64,000 bases of DNA from positions 6,011 through 70,010 of the forward strand of contig JBAZIZ010000001.1 of assembly GCA_041651535.1 (NCBI GenBank), in the 5' to 3' direction. Origin of the DNA: Patescibacteria group bacterium (lineage in GTDB: Bacteria > Patescibacteriota > Patescibacteriia > Magasanikbacterales > UBA922). The notes beneath the pieces were generated by a model that was given only the letters and a program-made list of their open reading frames with translations, had not been told where the DNA came from and made no database searches. The translations under genes and the position numbers were made by a program. Positions 19,340-28,863 of the stretch are shown piece by piece (within the stretch, counting starts at the first letter, position 1; every line of letters begins with the position of its first letter).

Positions 19340-20200
19340 ATGAAAATTTTAATTTTGGGTTACAAAGGAATGCTTGGGCAAGCAATAGTAGAAGAATTTA
19401 AAAATGATTATGAAATTATTGCTTGGGATAAAGAAGATTTAGATATTTGTGATTTTGAGTTAGTAAAAAATAAAATTTCAGAAATTTCTCCTGAAATTAT
19501 AATAAATACAACAGCAATCAATGCCGTTGATAAAATCGAGGAGTCCGAAGATTTTTTTGAATTAGCAAAAAAAGTAAATGGCGAAGCAGTAGGGAATCTA
19601 GCAGAAATTTGTAATGAAAAAAAAATAATTTTAGTTCATTATTCTTCTGATTATGTTTTTTATGGTGATAATAAAAATGCTTATAAAGAAGATGCTAAAA
19701 TAAATCCAATCAATAAATATGGTGAAACAAAAGCTTTAGGAGAAAAATTACTTCAAGAAAAAACAGATAAATTTTATTTGATTCGTTTATCAAAATTATT
19801 TGGCAAACCAGCCATTGCGGAAGGCGCTAAAAAAAGTTTTATAGATATGATGATTTGGCTTTCAACTGAAGGTGAAAAAGATCATTTAGATTTAGTGGAT
19901 GAAGAAATCAGTTCACCAACTTATGCACCTGATTTAGCAAAATTTACAAGAAAAATTTTAGAAGAAAAAAAAGAATTTGGAATTTATCATGGCACAAATA
20001 CAGGAGTTTGTAGCTGGTATGAATTAGCATTAGAAACTTTTAAAATTAAAAATATAAAAATAGATACAAGTCCAGTCAGTGGAGATAAATTTCCTCGTCC
20101 CGCTAAACGTCCAGTTTATTCAGAATTATTAAATACAAAAATGCCAAAGCAGAGAAGTTGGCAAGAAGCACTGAAAGAATATTTAGGAATTATGAATTAA
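19340..20200 (+). CDS. rfbD: dTDP-4-dehydrorhamnose reductase
   Basis: GYKGMLG, SSDYVF, PINKYGETK, SPTY, PAKRP. Confidence 0.93.
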   Translation: MKILILGYKGMLGQAIVEEFKNDYEIIAWDKEDLDICDFELVKNKISEISPEIIINTTAINAVDKIEESEDFFELAKKVNGEAVGNLAEICNEKKIILVHYSSDYVFYGDNKNAYKEDAKINPINKYGETKALGEKLLQEKTDKFYLIRLSKLFGKPAIAEGAKKSFIDMMIWLSTEGEKDHLDLVDEEISSPTYAPDLAKFTRKILEEKKEFGIYHGTNTGVCSWYELALETFKIKNIKIDTSPVSGDKFPRPAKRPVYSELLNTKMPKQRSWQEALKEYLGIMN

Positions 20201-20222
20201 GATTTAGGAATTTAGAATTAAA
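20181..20222 (+). repeat. Solo heptamer array overlapping the rfbD end
   Basis: atttagg aattatg aattaag atttagg aatttag aattaaa. Confidence 0.7.
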
Positions 20223-20246
20223 ACAGTTTGAAAAGGACTGTTTTTT
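20220..20246 (+). terminator. Intrinsic terminator after rfbD
   Basis: aaaacagt..actgtttt hairpin with T tract. Confidence 0.55.
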
Positions 20247-20247
20247 C

Positions 20248-20276
20248 TTGACTTTTTGCTTATTTTATGCTAATTT
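20248..20276 (+). promoter_or_regulatory. Sigma70-type promoter
   Basis: TTGACT-N17-TAATTT with extended TG. Confidence 0.6.
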
Positions 20277-20331
20277 TTAGGTGGTTTGTTTGGACGCTGT
20301 ATCACATCAACTTCTAAATAGGAGGTGTTGG

Positions 20332-20934
20332 ATGATGGATCTGATAAAGTTGGTTGGAGGCTGGGGAATTAAAATCCTCGGTCTCAAAAAAGATGAAATG
20401 ACGGCAGAAAATTTGGTGTTTTTTCGTCCAGAAGATAACAAGTTTTTTCACCTGACTTTGGTGAAAAATGATCTTCCAGGTGGAAAATTTTACATGTCTC
20501 CTATGCTTTTTGAGCATGGAGATGGAAACAAAGTTGGAGATATTGTTGTAACACTGAGAAAATCTCCAACAGGACGCTGGATGGTGCAAGTTGAGAAAGA
20601 GACTGTTTTTGTTACAGAAACTGAAACAATAGAAGTATTTCGTAGCAAACGATCTTCTCTTGATAATGAAGAACCTTCTATAAAACGCAGTGTTGTAAAA
20701 GTGGGCGAAGGTTACAGTAATCCACGAAGAATAGGTGGTAAACCTATTTTCTGTCATTATTTATTGGCTGGCTGGAGTCCTCAGCTTGCTGAGAATATGA
20801 TGGATGTGTTTGATTTTTTGTTGTGTACGGACATGATCGGTCAATCTTGTTTTCTCCGATCATTACAGCATATGCCAGATGAGGTTGCACGAGAGATTTT
20901 TTCTCAGATGCGTGCTCCTGATGGTAAAGAATAA
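20332..20934 (+). CDS. Hypothetical protein, possibly Nudix-fold / NDP-hexose 2,3-dehydratase-like
   Basis: AGGAGGTG SD at 20320-20327 before ATG 20332/20335; visibly higher GC than flanks; weak motif resemblance only. Confidence 0.7.
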   Translation: MMDLIKLVGGWGIKILGLKKDEMTAENLVFFRPEDNKFFHLTLVKNDLPGGKFYMSPMLFEHGDGNKVGDIVVTLRKSPTGRWMVQVEKETVFVTETETIEVFRSKRSSLDNEEPSIKRSVVKVGEGYSNPRRIGGKPIFCHYLLAGWSPQLAENMMDVFDFLLCTDMIGQSCFLRSLQHMPDEVAREIFSQMRAPDGKE

Positions 20935-21024
20935 ATAAAATTAAAAACAACGTTCTAACAAACCAAACCAGTGCACGTCATATCTTTTTTAAAGATAGTT
21001 GGGCGGCACAGTGTTCCTTTTTAT

Positions 21025-21072
21025 GCTTTTCTGAAAATTGTCCAAAAGACAATTAGTAGGGAAAGCTTTTTT
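21025..21072 (+). terminator. Interrupted hairpin terminator
   Basis: gcttttct..aattgtc caaaa gacaatt..agggaaagc tttttt. Confidence 0.55.
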
Positions 21073-21142
21073 ATTTATATTTTTTTTCTTGAACCTTAAT
21101 TTTTTTTCTGTTATAATGAATAAATCTTAAATAACGTTTTCT

Positions 21143-22414
21143 ATGAAAAAAACTTTTAAATTTTTTATTTTTTCTATATTTTTAATGATTGGTTTTTTAT
21201 TTTTTACGAAAATAAATTATTCACAAGCTATAGAAAACAATGAAAATGTAAATTTTGAAAATGAAAAGAAAATTGATTATGCTTTGTTTTATTCAGATAC
21301 TTGTCCGCACTGTCATGCTGAAATTCAGTTTATAAATAAAGTCCTCATGACCGAAAAATATGAAAAATATTTAAATTTTAAATTTTATAATATTTACGAT
21401 GAAAAGACAAAAGAAATCATGACAGAATATTCTTATAATTTTAAAGTAGATATCAAAGGTGTACCAATAGCTTTTATTGCTGATAAAGTTATTTCTGGTT
21501 TTGGTACAGAAGATACAACTGGTAAAGATATTTTAAAAATAATTGATAAAAAAATTGCGGAAATTGAAAAACAAAATCAAGAAGAAATAAACTCATCATT
21601 AACCGCTAGTTCTTCTATAAACACCTCAACTTCATCGTCAATAGTTTGTGATGATGAAAAAATGATAGAAATTCCATTTTTGGGAACAATTTATTTGAAA
21701 GATTTTTCTTTGCCAGTTTTAACTTTAATCATCGGTCTTTTGGATGGTTTTAATCCTTGTGCTATGTGGGTTTTGTTATTTTTGATAACCTTGCTTTTGG
21801 GAATGGAAGATAAGAAAAAAATGTTAATTTTAGGTTCATTATTTTTATTATCGTCAGCTTTGGTTTATTTCTTTTTTATGGCTGCTTGGCTTAATTTTAT
21901 CATGTTTGTAAGTATGATAATTTTTGTGAGAATTTTTATTGGTTTGGTAGCTGTCGGTGTTGGTGGAGTAAATATCAGAGATTATTGGCAGAATCGAAAA
22001 GTTGATGGAGTGGTTTGTAAAGTTTCTAAAAATACTAAAACTCAAAAAATATTTGATAAAATAAGAAATATTGTTCATAGAGATAATTTTCTTTGGTCAA
22101 TTTTGGGAATTTTGATTTTAGGTTTTTCAGTTAATTTAGTAGAACTGGCTTGTTCAGCTGGTTTTCCTGCTATTTATACACAAATTTTAGCAATGAGTGA
22201 TTTGATGACTTGGCAAAAATATTTGTACATGTTTTTTTACATTTTATTTTACATGCTTGATGACCTAATAGTTTTTATAATTGCTATGTCTACTCTAAAA
22301 ACTCATGTCTTTGGTTCAAAATATGCAAAATATACAAATTTAATTTCTGGAATTTTAATTTTAATTTTAGGTTTACTTCTTATTTTTAAACCAGAGTGGC
22401 TCATGTTTTCTTAA
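21143..22414 (+). CDS. Glutaredoxin (CPHC) domain fused to a DsbD/CcdA-like transmembrane domain
   Basis: CPHC...GVP; Ser/Thr linker; DGFNPCAMW and ELACSAGFP TM cysteines. Confidence 0.85.
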   Translation: MKKTFKFFIFSIFLMIGFLFFTKINYSQAIENNENVNFENEKKIDYALFYSDTCPHCHAEIQFINKVLMTEKYEKYLNFKFYNIYDEKTKEIMTEYSYNFKVDIKGVPIAFIADKVISGFGTEDTTGKDILKIIDKKIAEIEKQNQEEINSSLTASSSINTSTSSSIVCDDEKMIEIPFLGTIYLKDFSLPVLTLIIGLLDGFNPCAMWVLLFLITLLLGMEDKKKMLILGSLFLLSSALVYFFFMAAWLNFIMFVSMIIFVRIFIGLVAVGVGGVNIRDYWQNRKVDGVVCKVSKNTKTQKIFDKIRNIVHRDNFLWSILGILILGFSVNLVELACSAGFPAIYTQILAMSDLMTWQKYLYMFFYILFYMLDDLIVFIIAMSTLKTHVFGSKYAKYTNLISGILILILGLLLIFKPEWLMFS

Positions 22415-22417
22415 TTT

Positions 22418-23161
22418 ATGTTTATTTACTTTGTCATTTTTTTACTTTGTGCTTTTTTTGGTTGGATATTAGAAGTTTTTTATCGTTCTTACCGAAAGAA
22501 ATTTGTTTTGGTTAACCCTGGGTTTTTAAAAGGACCTTACTTGCCAATTTATGGTTTTGGTGGGATTATTTTATTTTTATTAAGTGATTTTTTGAGTCAA
22601 CAAAATATTTTTTTTGTATTTTTAACTTATTTTGTAGTTTTAACTGCTTTGGAATTGGTTACTGGTTTGATTTTTGAAAATTATTTTAAGACAAAACTGT
22701 GGGATTATTCAAAAAATAAATTTAATTATAAAGGTATAGTTTGTCTGGAATTTTCTGTTTATTGGTCAATTTTAGCTTTATTTTTTCAAAATTTTTTTTA
22801 TCCATTATTTTTAAAAATTTCAATTTTGGAATTTAATGGTTTAGTTTATTCAATTTTAGGATTCATTTATGGCATAATTTTTGTCGATATGTTTGAATCT
22901 TTTAAATTAGCTTACAAAATCAGAACTTTTGCTAGGGAATTTACTAAAAATATAAAAGAAAAGACTTTGAACAATAAAATTCAATTTCAAGAAATGTTAA
23001 AAGAATTTGAAAAAAATAGTAAGATAAAATTATCTAAAAAATATTTTTTAAAAGATCTTTTATCTCGTCTTGATATATTTTTTCGTATTGACGCTAGAGA
23101 ATTAAAAAATAATTTTGATGATTTTATTGCTAAATATAAAAATATCAATAAAAATGATTAG
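22418..23161 (+). CDS. Putative ABC-transporter permease (CmpB/DUF1113 family)
   Basis: GWILE, NPGFLKGPYLPIYGFG, LWDYS..FNYKG.VCL. Confidence 0.8.
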   Translation: MFIYFVIFLLCAFFGWILEVFYRSYRKKFVLVNPGFLKGPYLPIYGFGGIILFLLSDFLSQQNIFFVFLTYFVVLTALELVTGLIFENYFKTKLWDYSKNKFNYKGIVCLEFSVYWSILALFFQNFFYPLFLKISILEFNGLVYSILGFIYGIIFVDMFESFKLAYKIRTFAREFTKNIKEKTLNNKIQFQEMLKEFEKNSKIKLSKKYFLKDLLSRLDIFFRIDARELKNNFDDFIAKYKNINKND

Positions 23162-23711
23162 AAAATTTATTTACAAAAATCAAGAAATAAAATTTTTAAT
23201 TAAAAAGACAAAACGTTTGTCAGGATTAAAAATTACAATTTCTGGCGGAAAAAAATACGCGCTTGTGACCAAGCCATTTTTTGTTTCTGATAAAACAGTA
23301 GAAAAATTTCTTAAAGAAAAAGCTGATTGGATTTTGGCAGCCAGAGAAAAATTAAAAAATAATAAACCAAAATTATTAACATTTGGCAATTATCAAGAAT
23401 TTTTACGAAATAAAAATCAAGCACGAAAATTAGTTAAAGAAAAAATAGAAAAATATAACAGTTTTTATAAATTTTCTTATACTAAAATTTATATTAGAAA
23501 TCAAAAAACTAGATGGGGGAGTTGTAGTAGTCGTGGCAATTTAAATTTTAATTATCGTTTATTATTTTTGGAAGAAAAATTTCAAGATTATATTATTGTT
23601 CATGAACTTTGTCATTTAAAAGAAATGAATCATGGAAAAAATTTTTGGAATTTAGTTTCAAAGCAAATTCCTGATTACAAAGAGATTAGAAAAAATTTAA
23701 AAAAGATATAG
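23154..23711 (+). CDS. M48/YgjP (DUF45) zinc metallopeptidase-like protein
   Basis: QKTRWGSCS, YIIVHELCHL..MNHG..FW. Confidence 0.9.
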   Translation: MIRKFIYKNQEIKFLIKKTKRLSGLKITISGGKKYALVTKPFFVSDKTVEKFLKEKADWILAAREKLKNNKPKLLTFGNYQEFLRNKNQARKLVKEKIEKYNSFYKFSYTKIYIRNQKTRWGSCSSRGNLNFNYRLLFLEEKFQDYIIVHELCHLKEMNHGKNFWNLVSKQIPDYKEIRKNLKKI

Positions 23712-23779
23712 TATTAGAATTTTTTTAACTTGTGAATTCACTTTGTGTTGTGTTATAATAGAAAAAAATAATATTTCTT

Positions 23780-26743
23780 ATGTCTGAAAAAGAATCTTTG
23801 GATGTTTTAAAATTAAACAAAGCACAGGAAGAGGCTGTAAATTATAATGATGGTCCTTTGCTTATTATTGCTGGAGCTGGAACTGGAAAAACAGCTGTAA
23901 TTACCGAAAAAATAGCTAGAATAATAAAAAATGGTTTAGCTAAACCAGAAGAAATTTTGGCTTTAACATTTACAGATAAAGCAGCTAATGAAATGCGTGA
24001 TCGAGTAGATCAAAAAATCAGTTTAGGTTATGCTGACATGCAAATTTCAACTTTTCATAATTTTTGTCTGAATTTACTTAGAGAATATGGTTTAGAAATT
24101 GGTTTACCAGTAGATTTTAAACAAGTAACTGAAAACGAAGCTTGGATTTTGATGCGGAATCATATTTATGATTTTAATTTAGATTATTATCGACCATTAG
24201 GAAATCCAAATTCAAAAATCAAAGCTTTGATCGGACATTTTAGTAAACTAAAAGATGAATTGATAGATTCAGAAAATTATCTAGATTTTGCTGAAAAAAT
24301 GATTTTAGACAAAGACGAAGCTGAAATAAAAGAAAAAAATCGTATTATTGAATTAGCAGATGCTTATCAAAAATATAATCAATTACTTTTGGATAACGCC
24401 ATGTTAGATTTTGGAGATTTAATTTTTTATGCTGTAAAACTTTTGCGTGATCGACCAAATATTTTAAAGAAAATTCAAGAACGTTTTAAATATATTTTAA
24501 TTGATGAATTTCAAGATGTAAATTGGTCGCAATATGAACTTATTAAAAAACTTTCAGAAACTGCTAAATTAACTGTAGTAGGTGACGATGACCAATCAAT
24601 TTATGCTTTTCGCGGTTCAAATGTTTCTATAATCATGCGTTTTAAAGAAGATTTTACTTCAGCTAAAGAAGTTGTTTTGACTGAAAATTATCGTTCAGGA
24701 CAAGAAATTTTGGATTTTGCTTATGAATCTATAAAACATAATAATCCAAATCGTTTGGAAGATAAATTAAAAATAAATAAAAAATTGATAGCTTTTAATA
24801 AGAAAAAATCTTCGGTGGAATATTTTCATTTTAATAATATTATTGAAGAAACTGATTTTGTAATAAATAAAATTTCGGAAATAAAAAATAAAAACAAAGA
24901 AGTTGTCTGGGATGATTTTGCTATTTTGGTTCGTGCTAATTCACATGCTGAAGCTTTTTTGAATGCTTTGGATAAAAGTGGAATTCCTTATGAATTTTTA
25001 GCTTCAAGTGGACTTTATCGTCAAAAAATAATTATGGATATAATTAGTTTTTTGCGTGTTGTCACTAATTGTTATGAAGATACAGGTTTTTATCGTTTGT
25101 TACGAATGACATTTTTAAATTTTAAAGAAAATGACATGCAAAAATTTCTTTTTTTAGCTAAAAAGAAATCAATTTCTTATTACGAAGCTTTAAAAAGAGC
25201 CCGTCATTTTGGTCTTTCAGAAGAAGGTATAAAAATTGCAGAAAAAATTATTGATTTGGTACATGCTGGTATGAAAAATAATCGTCATCTCAAAATATCA
25301 CAAGTCATTTATGAATTTTTGGAAAAAAGTCATTATTTAAAATTTTTGACTGACGCCGAAAAAAGAGGAGACGCCGAATCAATTCGACAAATTTATCATT
25401 TAATACAATTTTTTAAATTAGTTGATAAATATGAAGAAATTACACCAGGAGCTGAAATAATTGATTTTGTAAAATATTTTGATGCTTTAGTTGAATCTGG
25501 AGATAAAGGAAAAATGTATCAAGCAGAAAATACACCTGATTCTGTTAATGTTATCACTGCCCATGGAGCTAAAGGTTTAGAATTTAAATATGTTTTTGTA
25601 GTTAATTGTGTAGATAGTAGATTTCCAAATAGCAAAAATTCAGAAGGAATAGAAATACCAGCCGAATTATTAAAAGAAAAATTAAATTCTAAAGATTTTT
25701 CTATAGAAGAAGAAAGACGTTTATTTTATGTAGCAGCGACTAGAGCAAAAGAAAAACTATTTTTTACTACAGCTCAAACTTATACTGGAAATATTTCTCG
25801 TAAAAATAAAATTAGTCGTTTCTTAGCAGAAATGAATTTTTCTGAAGAATTATCTTCAACAAATAAAAACAATGATATTTCAAAAATGTTGGAAAATAAA
25901 AAACAAAAAGAAATTGCAGAAAAAAAATCTGATTTTATTTATGATTTACCAAAAACTTTTTCTTTTTCCCAAATAAAAAGTTATGAAGCTTGTCCTTATG
26001 CTTACAAATTGGCTCACATTTTAAAACTACCACAAAAACTCCACTCTCATCTTAGTTTTGGTAATTCAATTCATTTAACATTACAAAAATTTTATAAAAA
26101 AATCCAAGAATTAAATGATTTAAAACAAGATAGTTTGTTTGCTTTACCTATAAAAAATGTTAAAAAAACTGATAAATTACAAGTGCCAAGTTTTGCTGAT
26201 TTAATTAAAATTTATGAAAATTCTTGGATTGAAGATAATTATGTAAATGAAGTGGAAAGAAAGAAATATTTTGCTGACGGCAAAAGAATTCTTAAAGATT
26301 TTTACGAAACTAATCTAAATAATTGGACAATTCCAGTAGCTTTGGAATCTGGTTTCAAAATAAAAATAGGGGAGTTTTTACTAAATGGAAAAATTGATCG
26401 TATTGATAAATTAGCTGATGGTACTTTAGAAATTATTGATTATAAAACTGGAAAACCAAAAGAAAAATTAGAAGCTGGTGACAAAGCTCAACTTTTGATT
26501 TATCAAATTGCTGCTCAAACTTTACCTGAATATCGAAATATTGGAGAAATATCAAAATTAAGTTTTTATTATTTAACAAACAATAAAAAACTAGATTTTT
26601 TAGGTAAGGAAAAAGATTTAGATAAAGAAATTAAAAAAATTGAAGAAACTATAATCAACATAAAAAATAAAAATTTTGAAGCCAAACCAGGTTTCGAATG
26701 CGATTATTGTTCTTTTCGAGATATTTGTGAATATAAAAAATAA
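23780..26743 (+). CDS. UvrD/PcrA-family helicase fused to a C-terminal PD-(D/E)XK nuclease
   Basis: AGAGTGKT, DEFQD, VGDDDQSIY, AKGLEF, EERRLFYVA.TRA; GKIDRID, IIDYKTG; CPY...CDYCSFRDIC. Confidence 0.92.
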   Translation: MSEKESLDVLKLNKAQEEAVNYNDGPLLIIAGAGTGKTAVITEKIARIIKNGLAKPEEILALTFTDKAANEMRDRVDQKISLGYADMQISTFHNFCLNLLREYGLEIGLPVDFKQVTENEAWILMRNHIYDFNLDYYRPLGNPNSKIKALIGHFSKLKDELIDSENYLDFAEKMILDKDEAEIKEKNRIIELADAYQKYNQLLLDNAMLDFGDLIFYAVKLLRDRPNILKKIQERFKYILIDEFQDVNWSQYELIKKLSETAKLTVVGDDDQSIYAFRGSNVSIIMRFKEDFTSAKEVVLTENYRSGQEILDFAYESIKHNNPNRLEDKLKINKKLIAFNKKKSSVEYFHFNNIIEETDFVINKISEIKNKNKEVVWDDFAILVRANSHAEAFLNALDKSGIPYEFLASSGLYRQKIIMDIISFLRVVTNCYEDTGFYRLLRMTFLNFKENDMQKFLFLAKKKSISYYEALKRARHFGLSEEGIKIAEKIIDLVHAGMKNNRHLKISQVIYEFLEKSHYLKFLTDAEKRGDAESIRQIYHLIQFFKLVDKYEEITPGAEIIDFVKYFDALVESGDKGKMYQAENTPDSVNVITAHGAKGLEFKYVFVVNCVDSRFPNSKNSEGIEIPAELLKEKLNSKDFSIEEERRLFYVAATRAKEKLFFTTAQTYTGNISRKNKISRFLAEMNFSEELSSTNKNNDISKMLENKKQKEIAEKKSDFIYDLPKTFSFSQIKSYEACPYAYKLAHILKLPQKLHSHLSFGNSIHLTLQKFYKKIQELNDLKQDSLFALPIKNVKKTDKLQVPSFADLIKIYENSWIEDNYVNEVERKKYFADGKRILKDFYETNLNNWTIPVALESGFKIKIGEFLLNGKIDRIDKLADGTLEIIDYKTGKPKEKLEAGDKAQLLIYQIAAQTLPEYRNIGEISKLSFYYLTNNKKLDFLGKEKDLDKEIKKIEETIINIKNKNFEAKPGFECDYCSFRDICEYKK

Positions 26744-26757
26744 AAATAATTTTAATT

Positions 26758-27057
26758 ATGACTTTTACTCCGCTAGGAAATACAATTGATCAAATATTCA
26801 ATAAAAATAATTCACTAAAAAAACAAATTGAATCAGCTGAATTGATAGAAAAAAGCAAAGAAGTTTTTGAGGAATTTTTTGGAAATGAGTTGGCTCATGA
26901 AATCAGGCCTTTATTTTTAAAAAACAGAACTTTAACTGTTTCTTGTTCTGGTTCTGTCGTGGCTCAAGAAATTCGACTTAATCAAGCAGATTTAGTTGAA
27001 AAAATCAATTTAAAAATTGGTACAAATGAAATTGATAGACTAAGATATTTAGTTTAA
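26758..27057 (+). CDS. DciA (DUF721) family protein
   Basis: LKNRTLTVSCSGSVVAQEIRL...IN pattern, 99 aa. Confidence 0.75.
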   Translation: MTFTPLGNTIDQIFNKNNSLKKQIESAELIEKSKEVFEEFFGNELAHEIRPLFLKNRTLTVSCSGSVVAQEIRLNQADLVEKINLKIGTNEIDRLRYLV

Positions 27058-27198
27058 AAGTAAAATCAATTTTTTTGCTTAAATTAGATAAATTTTTGAG
27101 ATATTTTTTTATTTTTAGTAAATTTAGCTAATAGTTAAGATTACTAACTTGCCAAAAACGCTAAAAATAGATAAAATGAAAGCATTAAAATAAACTTT

Positions 27199-27609
27199 AT
27201 GAATTTAAAGCAATATTTAAGTATCATGTTTTTTTCCACTATTTTATCTTGGATAGCTTGGGGTTTTGTTATTGTAAATATTGATCCCTTTGAAACTTCT
27301 TGGCTAGGCTTCTTACTATTCTTTTTAAGTTTAGCCGCCGGTCTTATTGGTTTAGTTTCAATACTTATTTTTTTACTTTATAAGTTTTTTGCGTCAGATG
27401 AATTACCTTTGTTTCGTTATGTTAGTGCTAGTTTGAAACAATCTTTGATAATTTCTTTTTTTCTTCTGACTTTTTTATTTTTACAAATGAAATCGCTTTT
27501 AACTTGGTTTAATGGAATTATTTTATTAGTAATTTTTATTTTAGTAATTTCTTTTACTATTTCGATTTCAATAAATAAAAAAAATCATAATCAAAATTTA
27601 GAAGAATAA
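27199..27609 (+). CDS. Hypothetical 4-TM membrane protein
   Basis: Hydrophobic ORF preceded by TTGCCA-N17-TAAAAT. Confidence 0.7.
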   Translation: MNLKQYLSIMFFSTILSWIAWGFVIVNIDPFETSWLGFLLFFLSLAAGLIGLVSILIFLLYKFFASDELPLFRYVSASLKQSLIISFFLLTFLFLQMKSLLTWFNGIILLVIFILVISFTISISINKKNHNQNLEE

Positions 27610-27618
27610 TCATATTTT

Positions 27619-28863
27619 ATGAAACAATCACTTTTATTTACCAAAACAATTAGAGAAAATCCAGCTGACGAAGTTTCTAAAAATGCCCAGTTATTAATCA
27701 GAGCTGGTTTTATAAATAAACAAATGGCTGGAGTTTATTCTTATTTACCTTTAGGTCTACGAGTAATTAAAAAAATTGAAAATATTATTCGTGAAGAAAT
27801 GAATAATATTGGTGGACAAGAAATGAAAACTTCTATTTTACAAAATAAAGAAATTTGGCAAAAATCTGGCAGATGGAGCGATGAATTAGTAGATAATTGG
27901 TTTAAAACAAAATTAAAAAATGGAAATGAAATTGGATTATCTTGGACTAATGAAGAAGCTCATGCTGATATTTTAAAACAATATATAAATTCTTATAAAG
28001 ATCTGCCTGTTTATCCTTATGATTTTAAAGATATTTTTAGAAATGAAACCCGAAGTAAGTCTGGAATTTTACGAGGTAGAGAATTTTACTGGAAAGCTTT
28101 GTATTCTTTTTCTAAAAATGATGAGGAACACAATGAATTTTATGAAAAAGCTAAAAAAGCTTACCAAAATATTTTTAGACGTGTTGGAATAGGTGATTTA
28201 ACATATTTAACTTTTGCTTCTGGTGGTTTATTTTCTAAATTTTCTCACGAATTTCAAACATTAACTGAAGCTGGAGAAGACACAATTTTTGTTGATGAGA
28301 AAAAAAATATTGCGATTAACAAAGAAGTTTATAATGATGAAGTAATTGAAAGTTTAGGATTAGATAAAAATAATTTGGTAGAAAAAAAAGCTATTGAAGT
28401 TGGTAATATTTTTTCACTTGGTACAAAATATTCAAGTCCCTTTGATTTGAAATATAGAGATGAAAATGGAAAAGATCAAACAGTTATTATGGGTTCTTAT
28501 GGAATAGGTTTAGGAAGATTAATGGGAACTATTGTTGAAGTTTTATCAGACGAAAAAGGAATTATTTGGCCAGAAAGCGTTAGCCCTTTTGATATACATT
28601 TGATTTCTCTTTGTAAAAATGAAAAAGAAGAAAAACAAGCAGAAGAAATTTATAATTCTTTAAAAGAAAAAGGGTTAGAAGTTTTATATGATGAACGTGA
28701 TGTTAGAGCTGGAGAAAAATTTGCTGATAGTGATTTGATAGGAATTTCAAAAAGAATTGTTGTTAGTTCTAAAACTTTAGAATTAAATAGTGTTGAATTT
28801 AAAAAAAGAAATGAAGAAACAAGTGAATTAATAAAAATAAAAGATTTAAAAAAATATGTTTAA
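27619..28863 (+). CDS. proS: Proline--tRNA ligase (short form, no INS editing domain)
   Basis: LLIRAGFI..AGVYSYLPLG, FRNE.R..G.LRGREF, MGSYGIG.GR, GEKFADSDLIG. Confidence 0.93.
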   Translation: MKQSLLFTKTIRENPADEVSKNAQLLIRAGFINKQMAGVYSYLPLGLRVIKKIENIIREEMNNIGGQEMKTSILQNKEIWQKSGRWSDELVDNWFKTKLKNGNEIGLSWTNEEAHADILKQYINSYKDLPVYPYDFKDIFRNETRSKSGILRGREFYWKALYSFSKNDEEHNEFYEKAKKAYQNIFRRVGIGDLTYLTFASGGLFSKFSHEFQTLTEAGEDTIFVDEKKNIAINKEVYNDEVIESLGLDKNNLVEKKAIEVGNIFSLGTKYSSPFDLKYRDENGKDQTVIMGSYGIGLGRLMGTIVEVLSDEKGIIWPESVSPFDIHLISLCKNEKEEKQAEEIYNSLKEKGLEVLYDERDVRAGEKFADSDLIGISKRIVVSSKTLELNSVEFKKRNEETSELIKIKDLKKYV

